A stretch of DNA of 32,000 bases from Candidatus Electrothrix sp. GW3-4 (lineage in GTDB: Bacteria; Desulfobacterota; Desulfobulbia; Desulfobulbales; Desulfobulbaceae): contig NZ_CP147990.1 of the NCBI RefSeq assembly GCF_037902255.1, positions 360,001 through 392,000 of the forward strand, written 5' to 3'. Numbering within the stretch: position 1 is the stretch's first letter; every line of letters begins with the position of its first letter. This document shows, one piece after another, positions 1-8,330 of the stretch. The translations under genes and the position numbers were made by a program. The notes beneath the pieces are model-generated. The model did no database searches. It was not told the DNA's origin and saw nothing but the letters and a program-made list of their open reading frames with translations.

Positions 1-914
1 TGGCGATAAGCGGTTACCTGAATCGACACATATGAGGGTACCGGGATGAACTGAGGACATTGCTCATCCTCAATTTTCAGACTTTTAAAAAGATCAGGAA
101 AAGAAGCTACCTGCATTCGTATAATAAGTGCATAACCTCCTCAGGTATCTGATACCGGAAACATCTTTGAGTAACCTGTATTATCAATGGTTCGGTAAAT
201 TTTGCTTCAGATTATGCAAGTGCAGACGCTGTATTCAACAGTTCTTCATAATCGAAGTTGAATTTATCTGAAACTAGCTCAATATCCAGTTTGGATAAAA
301 TTCGGTCGAGAAATACAATACCTTCGCCATTCAGCGAGCAGATTCATGGCTAGATCTCCTTCCGAATTGCTTGCTAATTGGGCTGTAATACGTGCCGTGC
401 GTTGTCACTGTAACTCGCTGAGTATAGCTGGAAATAATTAAAACTCTGTCCGCCAAATGCCGGACCGTTTTTTAAGTTACAGGTCAATTATTAACTCTTT
501 GAAACACTGTAACCTCTGCTGAAAGATCGCCATTCAGAATGGCGAAGGTATTGCAAATTCCAGAAGGTATTTCTATTCAATCCATCGCTAACCAAGTTGC
601 CGTTCTTGGGCGGGTTAACACGCTAAAAGAGGTGATTTAATGGCGATGGTATTGAGTTATCATGGTAGTTATGATGTTGCGATCTAACTTTCCAATGATA
701 ATCATATGGTTGTTTATGTCAAAGCCCCCTCCCCTAAATCCGTAACAGTCAGAAAAAAAACGCACCTCTCGTTATATTCTCCTTCTGCTTACAGCTGGAT
801 ATCCTTCCTCTGTCTTCTCTTCATAGCCCGAATGATGAGGTCCTGGAATATATCTTGGGAAGAGATTCTCTTGGCGCTCTTTTTCTTGAATCAAAAGGGG
901 ATAAAGAACCTTTT

Positions 915-1202
915 CTACCAATAAGGTCCCCATTGGGAATACGTTGACCCGGAAGCATTGTATACTCCCCCCTTGTCTTGACAGACAGCCACAGCCCGGG
1001 CCCAAAGCGCTGTCAGCGCCTCGTTGTGGTGTGTATAGCTCATGCCAACCCAGATGGGGATATTATCGTAATTGTTGCAGTAGGCAGCTCCTGAGGCCCC
1101 CCAGAAGGCAGTTGCTGAGCCTTTCCACTCAGCAAGGCCTTGGTTGCTCAACACGAAGGAGCAGGAAAGAACTATTCCGATGATTGTTTTGTTGAACGGC
1201 AT
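915..1202 (-). CDS. small secreted hypothetical protein (95 aa)
   Basis: An internal ATG at 1202 of the tracked 915..1556 ORF is preceded by AGGGAGGA (rc of 1209-1216) with a 6-nt spacer. The product MPFNKTIIGIVLSCSFVLSNQGLA... has a signal-peptide-like N-terminus. The 118 codons upstream in the tracked ORF look non-coding. Confidence 0.5.
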   Translation of the reverse strand: MPFNKTIIGIVLSCSFVLSNQGLAEWKGSATAFWGASGAAYCNNYDNIPIWVGMSYTHHNEALTALWARAVAVCQDKGGVYNASGSTYSQWGPYW

Positions 1203-1697
1203 GGTATTTCCTCCCTTGTAGGATTTTTTATTATTATAAAGGGTGGGGTTGGAAAAGGGAAATCTTTTTCCAGAGCGTGCTGAATTATGGGGGAAAATAT
1301 GTGTAGTCAGGAAGACGCTGTCCTGCGAACGAGCATCAGGATAACTGGCCTTGGTCAAGGGGCGATCAAGATAACGCAGGGCACGGGTGCTTGTCCCGGT
1401 TATATGAGCATGTCGCAACAGGGCCGTCCATGGGCGCTTTGAGTGATTCAGGGCTATCCGAAAACCAGATCCGTCGCCCACTCGCTCTGCCCCCACGTCA
1501 CAGAGCGGTTCTCCTGTGCTCTCCGCCAGATACAGGAGCACATCTCCGTACCTCAATTGTTATTTTTTATTTACTTTTACATCCCAGATGGTAAAAACTT
1601 GAACGAGTACAAAAAAGTACCGTGACGTGTTCGACTCATCTGTCAATTTTTATTGTCCCGATCCGCTGGCCAGGATGGGGATGAGCCTGGAACGACT

Positions 1698-2438
1698 ATG
1701 GAAGATAAGAAAAAAAACCGTGCGCATCTCCTTGCTGAAATAAAACTTCTGCAAGGAAAACTCGTCGAGCTGGAGTCTGTCCAACAAGAAAAACAAGAAA
1801 TTGAAGTGGCGCTTCAGCAATCAAAAGAACTTCTCGAAATGCTGATGAATAACATTCCAAGTCAGGTCTTTTGGAAAAACCGTGCGCTTATCTACACGGG
1901 GTGCAACCAAACCTTTGCCGAAGTGGTCGGTATGAGTAGCCCCTCAGAAGTGATTGGAAAGTCTGATTATGATTTCCAGAGGAACTCGACCCACGCGAAG
2001 TCATACAGAGCGTGGGACAAGAAGATCATGGAGAAAGGGGAACCTGTCCTTGACTTAGAGGAATCCTATCACAATGCAGAGGGGGATGAAGGGACGGTCC
2101 TTACAAGCAAAGTTCCTCTGAAAGATCAAGAAGGTAACGTATATGGAATTCTCGGGATATGTACCGATATATCTGCGCGGAAAAAAATTGAGCTCGAAAA
2201 TGAATCACTTATAAGAGAATTGAAAGACGCCATTGCGGAGGTAAAAACCCTTGAGGGGTTTCTCCCCATCTGCTCAAATTGCAAAAAGATACGGGATGAT
2301 CAGGGATATTGGAAGCAAATTGAATTATTCATCATGGAGCACTCTGATGCCGAATTTAGTCACAGTATTTGTCAGGAATGTGTCCAAAAGCTCTATCCTG
2401 GACTTGTCGATAAGGATGGGAATTTTTCTACGCCATGA
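1698..2438 (+). CDS. PAS-domain sensor protein with C-terminal Cys-rich LPICSxCKKIRDDxGYW...SHxICxxC tail
   Basis: The ORF has an N-terminal coiled coil (LLAEIKLLQGKLVELESVQQEKQEIE) and a PAS-like core (NNIPSQVFWKNRALIYTGCNQTFAEVVG...GILGICTDISARK). The C-terminus is LPICSNCKKIRDDQGYWKQIELFIMEHSDAEFSHSICQECVQKLYP. I chose the ATG at 1698 over the TTG at 1653 given in the track. Confidence 0.8.
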   Translation: MEDKKKNRAHLLAEIKLLQGKLVELESVQQEKQEIEVALQQSKELLEMLMNNIPSQVFWKNRALIYTGCNQTFAEVVGMSSPSEVIGKSDYDFQRNSTHAKSYRAWDKKIMEKGEPVLDLEESYHNAEGDEGTVLTSKVPLKDQEGNVYGILGICTDISARKKIELENESLIRELKDAIAEVKTLEGFLPICSNCKKIRDDQGYWKQIELFIMEHSDAEFSHSICQECVQKLYPGLVDKDGNFSTP

Positions 2439-2543
2439 GCGATACGGTACAGCTCTCTGCTGAGGTTCTTTACAAAACAGAGACCCTCGCCTTCATGTTC
2501 GAGCCAGGAATAGGCAGAACGATATTGCTCTCCTGCTCTGTTT

Positions 2544-2635
2544 CTCGATACGAGTCGGTCGTGATACTCGATACGAATTTGCCGTTATAGGTATAACGAA
2601 TCTGCCGTTATACATATAACGATTTTTTCGTGATA
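2544..2635. repeat. four tandem degenerate 23-bp direct repeats (iteron-like)
   Basis: The units start at 2544, 2567, 2590 and 2613. They read ctcgatacgagtcggtcgtgata / ctcgatacgaatttgccgttata / ggtataacgaatctgccgttata / catataacgattttttcgtgata. The conserved cores are ACGA and CGT.ATA. Confidence 0.6.
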
Positions 2636-2842
2636 CCTATGACGATGTTGAATGGTGCAGGTTCGCTATGGGGAAGTGGTGGGATTTGAGGGAATACTGT
2701 CTATAAGCAGGAGGATAGAGACGGTAGGTGCTTTAGGTGGGATTTATGGAGGGGGTAGATAACCTTTGCCAATGATCGACCAGGGAACTAGTAAACGAGA
2801 CAATGCGATTTTATCCATCGGGTTGTTCAAGGCCTCGATTTA

Positions 2843-3109
2843 TTAATCTATCTGGATCAATAAAGAAATTCCTTGAGCCAGTGCTGCAATCGAAGCAAAT
2901 AAGGCTGCGTATCTATTCCATAGGTTTTGCTGTCTACCTGTTTCAATAACGTCTGCTCCGTCTGACATTATCGTTGCTTCTTGCCATCCATTCTCGTTAA
3001 CCTCCTTTGAAGGCTGAACTTTCACCAATGTAGATTTAAACCAAAGGTAAGCCGCTATTATGGCTGAGATGGCAGACAATATGTCTAGGATGGCTTTAAA
3101 CTTAATCAT
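2843..3109 (-). CDS. small two-helix membrane protein, hypothetical
   Basis: The ORF MIKFKAILDILSAISAIIAAYLWF...YAALFASIAALAQGISLLIQID has two hydrophobic helices. I chose the ATG at 3109; the track uses the TTG at 3121. No family is recognised. Confidence 0.45.
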   Translation of the reverse strand: MIKFKAILDILSAISAIIAAYLWFKSTLVKVQPSKEVNENGWQEATIMSDGADVIETGRQQNLWNRYAALFASIAALAQGISLLIQID

Positions 3110-3271
3110 CAATTGCTCCAAAATAATGTTAACAAATGGAAGCTTTTCATGCTAGCTTCAGTATTTCGATTCTCTACAAGGACATTTAATCAAACAGAAT
3201 AACTACGGGAAATTCCTTTGTCAACAAGGACTGTTTTCCGATAAGGACGGTCATTCGGGCAACAGGTGGCT

Positions 3272-3634
3272 CTATAGGATCTCAGCAGAAAGCTGCACAG
3301 TATCCGTGGACAGCGCAGCCTTTAATTCCGGCAGAATAACCTCCAGATCCACCTCGGAGCCACAGGTGGTGACGTCAATCACCAGCTTGTTGAATTCCGG
3401 CCAGGTATGGAGGGTCAGGCTGGATTGCTGGAGAACATAGACACCCGTGATGCCGATAGGCGAGTAGTAATGCCAATGCACATCCACCACATCCAGGCGG
3501 AAATGCTCAACGATGCGCTCTGCCACCTTCTGCAAGAGCTTCTTATCACCGAGATCCGCTCCCACGTCCCGAAAGGAGAGCGCAGCATGGAACACGGTGC
3601 CATTTTCCATTTTCACGTCTTTTGGGTGTCCCAT
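3272..3634 (-). CDS. S-adenosylmethionine decarboxylase-like (small pyruvoyl-enzyme family) protein
   Basis: The segment GITGVYVLQQSSLTLHTWPEFNKLVIDVTTCG matches the class-1 AdoMetDC core (..SESH[LI][ST]IHTWPE...D[VI]FTCG). The processing motif reads QSS instead of ESH. It is the last gene of a polyamine-type operon. Confidence 0.7.
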   Translation of the reverse strand: MGHPKDVKMENGTVFHAALSFRDVGADLGDKKLLQKVAERIVEHFRLDVVDVHWHYYSPIGITGVYVLQQSSLTLHTWPEFNKLVIDVTTCGSEVDLEVILPELKAALSTDTVQLSAEIL

Positions 3635-3639
3635 AACTC

Positions 3640-4506
3640 TTACAGCAGAAAGAAGATGAGCGCAGCAATACCGACGCTCATGGTGCCGCCAATCCAGGCG
3701 ATGTTCAGGTTGCGGTCACGACTGATCTCTTCCTCAATATTGGCACCAGGCAGAAAGATGATCAGGATCATCTTTTGTAAGACTGCCAGCCCGAGAAAAC
3801 CGATGACGGCATAGCCAGCAAACCAGGAGAGATTATAGCCCCAGCTGATAAAATCGCCCGCTGTGGCCTTGAGCACGATAATGCCCAGGGCCACCAGGGA
3901 AAAGCCGAGATAGGCCCCGGCAGCCACGTTATCTTTTTCAATCTCAGCATGGTCATCATAGGGGGTCAGAAAGGCATGGAAATGGCTGAACAGGATGAGT
4001 AGCAGCAGGCCAAGGACAAAGAAGACCAAGGTGGAGAGAAAGGAGCCTGTCCCCTGCACTGCTCCGGCGATCATCAGGGCGGTGGCGATCATGGCGCCTG
4101 CCTCCACGGCCCCGGTACCGATGTTGCGGTCGGTTATGATCTCTTTGACTGTGCTGAATCGATAGAGGATGGCCAGATCCACCAGCTTGCGACAGAGGTT
4201 AAGGACAAAGATGCCTAAGACGGCATAGCCCAGGTCCATCCCGGCCTCAACCACCAGATCAGTGAGATTGTCCAGCTCTCTGGAGCTGTCCCCGATAACC
4301 GCCCCAAGGAAGACGATGACCACCCCGGCGTAATAGCCAGCCAGGGTCACGCCCAGGGCCTGGTTATCGGAATGGACCAGCTCCTTATTGATCTTGTAGG
4401 GGGTCATCAGGTTGACGATAACCTTACTGAGCGCCAGCACGGCAATCCCCAGGACAATGTACAGCATACCGTAATAGAGCTCAGCGGTTTCTGTGAAATT
4501 GATCAT
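3640..4506 (-). CDS. integral membrane protein with four DUF350-type repeats
   Basis: There are four repeats of a TM helix followed by the short polar motif x-E-[IL]-x-x-D-[NR]-N-x-[AG]. They are INKELVHSDNQALG, VKEIITDRNIGTGA, HAEIEKDNVAAGA and EEEISRDRNLNIA. This resembles E. coli YjfL-type DUF350. Confidence 0.7.
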   Translation of the reverse strand: MINFTETAELYYGMLYIVLGIAVLALSKVIVNLMTPYKINKELVHSDNQALGVTLAGYYAGVVIVFLGAVIGDSSRELDNLTDLVVEAGMDLGYAVLGIFVLNLCRKLVDLAILYRFSTVKEIITDRNIGTGAVEAGAMIATALMIAGAVQGTGSFLSTLVFFVLGLLLLILFSHFHAFLTPYDDHAEIEKDNVAAGAYLGFSLVALGIIVLKATAGDFISWGYNLSWFAGYAVIGFLGLAVLQKMILIIFLPGANIEEEISRDRNLNIAWIGGTMSVGIAALIFFLL

Positions 4507-4531
4507 GACATGCTCCTCCTCATAAAATGAT

Positions 4532-6065
4532 TTACCAACGGGCAGCTTCCCGGTTATAGGTCAGGTAGAGTTTGGGTTCAAAGATAGAATTGGTCAGGGC
4601 CGAGGGCACCTGCTCATCCTTGGCAAAGACTGTGGCCGCCGCCATCACCTGACGGGTGAGAAAGCGGGTCTTGGCCTCCGGGATGGGAAAGGCCGTGGGC
4701 AGAGAGCCAGGACGACCAGCCAGGGTGAAGCCCCAGTCCCCGGCAAAGGAGGGCACATTGACTTGGTAGCGCAGGACCTCAAGGCCCGCACTGCCCATGG
4801 TTGCACCCACCGCCCAGAAGGTCTTCTTGGTCATCAGGGGCGAGGTGGATTGACTGACCACCAAGCCCTTCGGAGCCAGCCGCCAGGCCAGCAGGGTATA
4901 GAATTCGACGCTGTACAGCTTGCTCAAGGCCTCGTTATGGGGGTCGGGCAGATCGATAATGACCCGATCAAAGGACTCCTTGCTCTGGCGCAGGAAGGCA
5001 AAGGCGTCCTCATTGCGGATCCGCACCCGAGGGTCCTGCAGGGCACCCTGATTGAGGCGGGTGATCGGGGCCAGGGTGGAACAGATCCGGGTGATGGCCG
5101 GGTCAATGTCCACCAGGGTGATCCGCTTGACCTCTGCATATTTGAGGATCTCCCGTACCGCCAGCCCATCCCCCCAAGGATGAGCACCTCCTGGCGAGGT
5201 CCTGGAACAGAGAGCACCGGATGGACCAGGGCCTCATGATAGCGGTATTCATCTGCTTCGGCAAACTGGATATGGCCATCCAGATAGAGGCGATGGCGGT
5301 TGGTCCCTGCTTCCCTGGTCAGGACGATCTTCTGGTACGGGGTCTGCTCAGAGAAGATGATGCGGTCGGCATAGAGCTGGCCTTCGGCAAAGGCGGTGAT
5401 CCGTTCGCTGGTCACCAGCACCGAGACCAGCAGGGCGCAGACCAGAACGGCTAAGGCCGTATATCGCCTTGGAAAGCGGAGCAGGGAAGAAAAAACAGCA
5501 ACATTGAACAGGGCCACCCCGGCATTAAAGAAGCCGATAACAAAGCTGGCCCGGAACAGGCCGAGAAAGGGCAAGAGAAAGAGGGGAAAGGCCACAGAGC
5601 CGATCAGGGCCCCGAGGTAATCTAAGGACAGGACGTCTGCGATGGAGCGGCGGATATCCGTGCTTTCGCTCAGGACCCGGGTCAGGAGGGGATCTCCATC
5701 CCTACCAGGGTGCCGATGATAATGATCAGCCCGTACATGGTGGGCTGATAAAAGCCTGACCAGGGAAAGACCAGAAAGAGGATGACCGTGGACAGACCAC
5801 CGGTCAGGGCTACCAGAATCTCAATAATCACGAAACGGGCAATGAGATGGCGGGTAACAAAGCGGGTGATATAGGCCCCAAGGCCCATGGCTGCCATGAA
5901 CAGGCCGATGGTGATGGAGAATTGGCGGACTGAATCACCGAGCAGATAGGAGGAAACCGTGGCGATGAGCAGCTCGTAGACAATACCGCAGAGCGCGACT
6001 ACCAGCACAGAGACCTGCAGCACCGCTGCCCGCGATCCGGTCAGGCGGAATTGATCAGAAGGCAT
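4532..6065 (-). pseudogene. speE: membrane-anchored polyamine aminopropyltransferase (spermidine synthase-like), interrupted by two 1-nt frameshifts
   Basis: Three consecutive ORFs (5682..6065, 4924..5595, 4532..5113) together encode one protein. It has an N-terminal multi-TM domain followed by ...YQKIVLTREAGTNRHRLYLDGHIQFAEADEYRYHEALVHP...VLILGG|DGLAVREILKY..VDIDPAIT...DLPDP.... The frames join at G4 (5688-5691) and C6 (5170-5175). Adding one base at each site restores a protein of about 511 aa. Confidence 0.75.
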
Positions 6066-6074
6066 GGGCGAAGA

Positions 6075-6332
6075 TTATTTACCGCTCCGATAGCTCCGGG
6101 AACCGCCTGCGGAACGGACGCTTCGTGCAAAGGAACTCCCTGTGGAGGTCTTCTTGCGGCGTTTTTTGAAGTCGATATCAAAGTCGTCCCCACCGTCTGC
6201 ATCGCCCTCGTAGTTTTCGCTATAATATTGCTCTTCTGCCTGACTGGCATAATACGAGGGGAGGAGGAACGGAATCACTAAGATTGCGATAAAGAGCAAA
6301 ATCACCAATCCCCAAAAGATTTTTCCCAGCAT
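6075..6332 (-). CDS. small single-pass membrane protein with acidic then basic tail, hypothetical
   Basis: The ORF is MLGKIFWGLVILLFIAILVIPFLL... followed by an acidic segment DADGGDDFDIDF and a basic segment KKRRKK..SRSYRSGK. It is the first gene of the polyamine operon and ends 10 nt before the speE-like start. Confidence 0.5.
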   Translation of the reverse strand: MLGKIFWGLVILLFIAILVIPFLLPSYYASQAEEQYYSENYEGDADGGDDFDIDFKKRRKKTSTGSSFARSVRSAGGSRSYRSGK

Positions 6333-6413
6333 GCTTCACCCTATAACTTGAGTTCTCTTCCGACAATCTTTTCCTGATGCCGATTCAACTTGATGCGTAT
6401 CTTTTTTTACAAA

Positions 6414-6442
6414 ATACTAGCCTGCTTTTTTCATAATTTCAA
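6414..6442 (-). promoter_or_regulatory. candidate sigma70-type promoter of the polyamine operon
   Basis: The minus strand reads TTGAAA (6442-6437), a 17-nt spacer, then TAGTAT (6419-6414). This lies about 80 nt upstream of the start at 6332. Confidence 0.35.
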
Positions 6443-6546
6443 TGCTTGTTGGTGATTTTTGCTCTCCTGTTGGAGTGATGAGGGGAGAGTCAGGGGACGT
6501 TTATGGGGCTTTCATGAATTAATTCAGTAAGATTTTAGTCTATATA

Positions 6547-6575
6547 TGAAAAACCGGAGGAAAGTTCCCCCGGTT
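6547..6575 (-). terminator. intrinsic terminator after the transglutaminase/rhodanese gene
   Basis: The minus strand reads AACCGGGGG-aacttt-CCTCCGGTT (a 9-bp stem including one G-U pair) followed by TTTTCAT. A second perfect hairpin, GTTCCTC-aga-GAGGAAC, lies at 6581-6597 just after the stop. Confidence 0.6.
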
Positions 6576-6603
6576 CTTTTAGTTCCTCAGAGAGGAACGG
6601 ATC

Positions 6604-8208
6604 TTATTCCTCGGATTTCTCTACAGGAAACCCTGCTTCCTGCCAATCAAAGAACAGGGTCTGGCGGATATCCTTATAGCCCAGCTTCATCAGCTTGCGA
6701 TAGGCATTATAGCTCCGGCCGCCGCCGTTGCAATAGACGATGATCTGTTTCTTTTTATCCAGCACCTCGGACTGAGAGGCAAAGGTGGGGGAGGGGATAT
6801 TGATGGCTCCGGGAATATGTCCCTTCTTGAATTCCTCTGGACCACGGACATCAACCACGGTAAAGGTATCGGTCTTGCTTTGGATCAGGGTGTTCAGTTC
6901 GGCCGGAGAGAGCTTGTCCGTTTCAATCCGTTTTTCATAGTCAGGGCCAGCATAGATGGGCATTCCTGTTTCTTCCCAGACCGGCATCCCCTCGGCATAG
7001 ACAAAGATATGTTTGTAGCCCATTTCTAGAGCGGCTTTGGCTGCCTTGCGACTTTTACCGCATTTTACTCCGTTGCAGTAAAAGATGATCCGGGCGGATT
7101 TCTCCTTGGGCAGGAGGTCCGCATGTTCCTTGAAGCTTTTCTGGGGAACATTGATTGCACCTTTGATATGCACTTCCTGAAATTCCTCTGGATTACGGGC
7201 ATCCACGACCACCAGATCCGCTGGTTCCATATCAAGGAGCTTTTTCAGGGCAGAGGTGTTAATCAGGGCGTAGCCGTCCTGGTGTAGTTGATGGTAACTG
7301 ATGCTGTAGCTGAATTTTGCCGGATCAAGCCAGTCCAGGGTCTCTTCGCCGACCTGGGCAAAGGGATACATAAGATAGTTCACCGGCTCGCCATGTTGAG
7401 GCGGATTCAGCACCAGATCTCGGCCCTCACCCAGTTTGACGCGGAAAGGATCAAGTCCACCCCAGAAGTATTCCCGGTATGCCTCGGTCTTGGGATCCTT
7501 CAGCTCCAGTTTTTCCTTGAGCATCTTTTTGCGTACATCAGCCGGATCAATTGCAACCCAGCCATGACCGGGCAGGTAGAATTCTGCCCAGCAATGCTGC
7601 CAGGAGGTGATATCCTGCACCTCCTTCTTTCCCATACGAATACCGAGTACCTCACGGCAGGGCACGCCAGCAGCACGGGCCAGGGCAACATAGACAGAAC
7701 TGATATCTGCACATTTTCCACCAGGCCTTTTTAGAAGCTTGCAGACATCTCCCACGCCACAACCTCTGGTTTCCGGATCACGGAAGGTGTTTTCCACGGT
7801 CCAGTCATAGATGGCCTTGGCCTTCTCCAGCACCGTGGTCTTACCCTTGGTGATCTTGTCAGCCAGCTTTTTGACCTCTCCGTCAAGGGGTCCCAGCTTA
7901 GTGGGAGCGAGATATTTGGCAAAGTCTTCTGGATTCCAGTCAGCTTCTTTTGCCGGGAACTCGGGCCGGGTGACTTCCTTGCGCTCTGCCTGAAAGGAAA
8001 GGGTCAGCTTTCTGCTGGTGGCATCCTTGTCCCAGCGGGCATAGAGCATGGGAGTGTTGAAGACCTTGTCACGATGGACCGTGGCCTCGGCATAATCGCC
8101 GTGCAGGAGGATGTTGCTGATGGTTTGATTATCATCTGATTCAGGATACGGGAGCCAGAGCTGGACTTCCTTGTCCTGGGCATGTTGGGACAGATTCATG
8201 TCCATCAT
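6604..8208 (-). CDS. transglutaminase-like Cys-His-Asp fold protein fused to two rhodanese domains (probably exported)
   Basis: GKCADIS / HCWAEFY / IDPAD are the transglutaminase-core motifs. There are two rhodanese modules: VVDARNPEEFQEVHIKGAINVP...YCNGVKCGKS and VVDVRGPEEFKKGHIPGAINIP...YCNGGGRS. A signal peptide and an AAGGAG-ATG start at 8294 lie upstream but 1 nt out of frame (see findings). Confidence 0.8.
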   Translation of the reverse strand: MMDMNLSQHAQDKEVQLWLPYPESDDNQTISNILLHGDYAEATVHRDKVFNTPMLYARWDKDATSRKLTLSFQAERKEVTRPEFPAKEADWNPEDFAKYLAPTKLGPLDGEVKKLADKITKGKTTVLEKAKAIYDWTVENTFRDPETRGCGVGDVCKLLKRPGGKCADISSVYVALARAAGVPCREVLGIRMGKKEVQDITSWQHCWAEFYLPGHGWVAIDPADVRKKMLKEKLELKDPKTEAYREYFWGGLDPFRVKLGEGRDLVLNPPQHGEPVNYLMYPFAQVGEETLDWLDPAKFSYSISYHQLHQDGYALINTSALKKLLDMEPADLVVVDARNPEEFQEVHIKGAINVPQKSFKEHADLLPKEKSARIIFYCNGVKCGKSRKAAKAALEMGYKHIFVYAEGMPVWEETGMPIYAGPDYEKRIETDKLSPAELNTLIQSKTDTFTVVDVRGPEEFKKGHIPGAINIPSPTFASQSEVLDKKKQIIVYCNGGGRSYNAYRKLMKLGYKDIRQTLFFDWQEAGFPVEKSEE

Positions 8209-8330
8209 GATGATCCCGGAGGCTGTTTTTCCCCATGCCCCTGCAACGGACAGGGCAGAAAACAGCAGGGTGAGTAATGCGATTTTTTCCTCATTGTTAC
8301 TCCTTTTGTTTGTGGTTATTGAATGTATTT

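Noticed and set aside
1-117. Possible 5' end of a minus-strand gene running off the left edge (MQVASFPDLFKSLKIEDEQCPQFIPVPSYVSIQVTAYR..)
   Set aside because: Only 39 codons are visible. The nearby GAGGAGG instead precedes a different ATG that gives an 8-codon ORF. The evidence is insufficient to call a CDS.
706-1005. 72-aa plus-strand ORF (706..924) and 77-aa minus-strand ORF (772..1005)
   Set aside because: They mutually overlap, lack an RBS and resemble no family. They lie in the 3' flank of the small secreted-protein gene.
1203-1556. N-terminal 118 codons of the tracked 213-aa minus-strand ORF 915..1556
   Set aside because: The composition is not protein-like (Arg/Ser/Thr-rich, low complexity). 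A strong SD plus ATG and a signal peptide begin at 1202, so only 915..1202 is credible.
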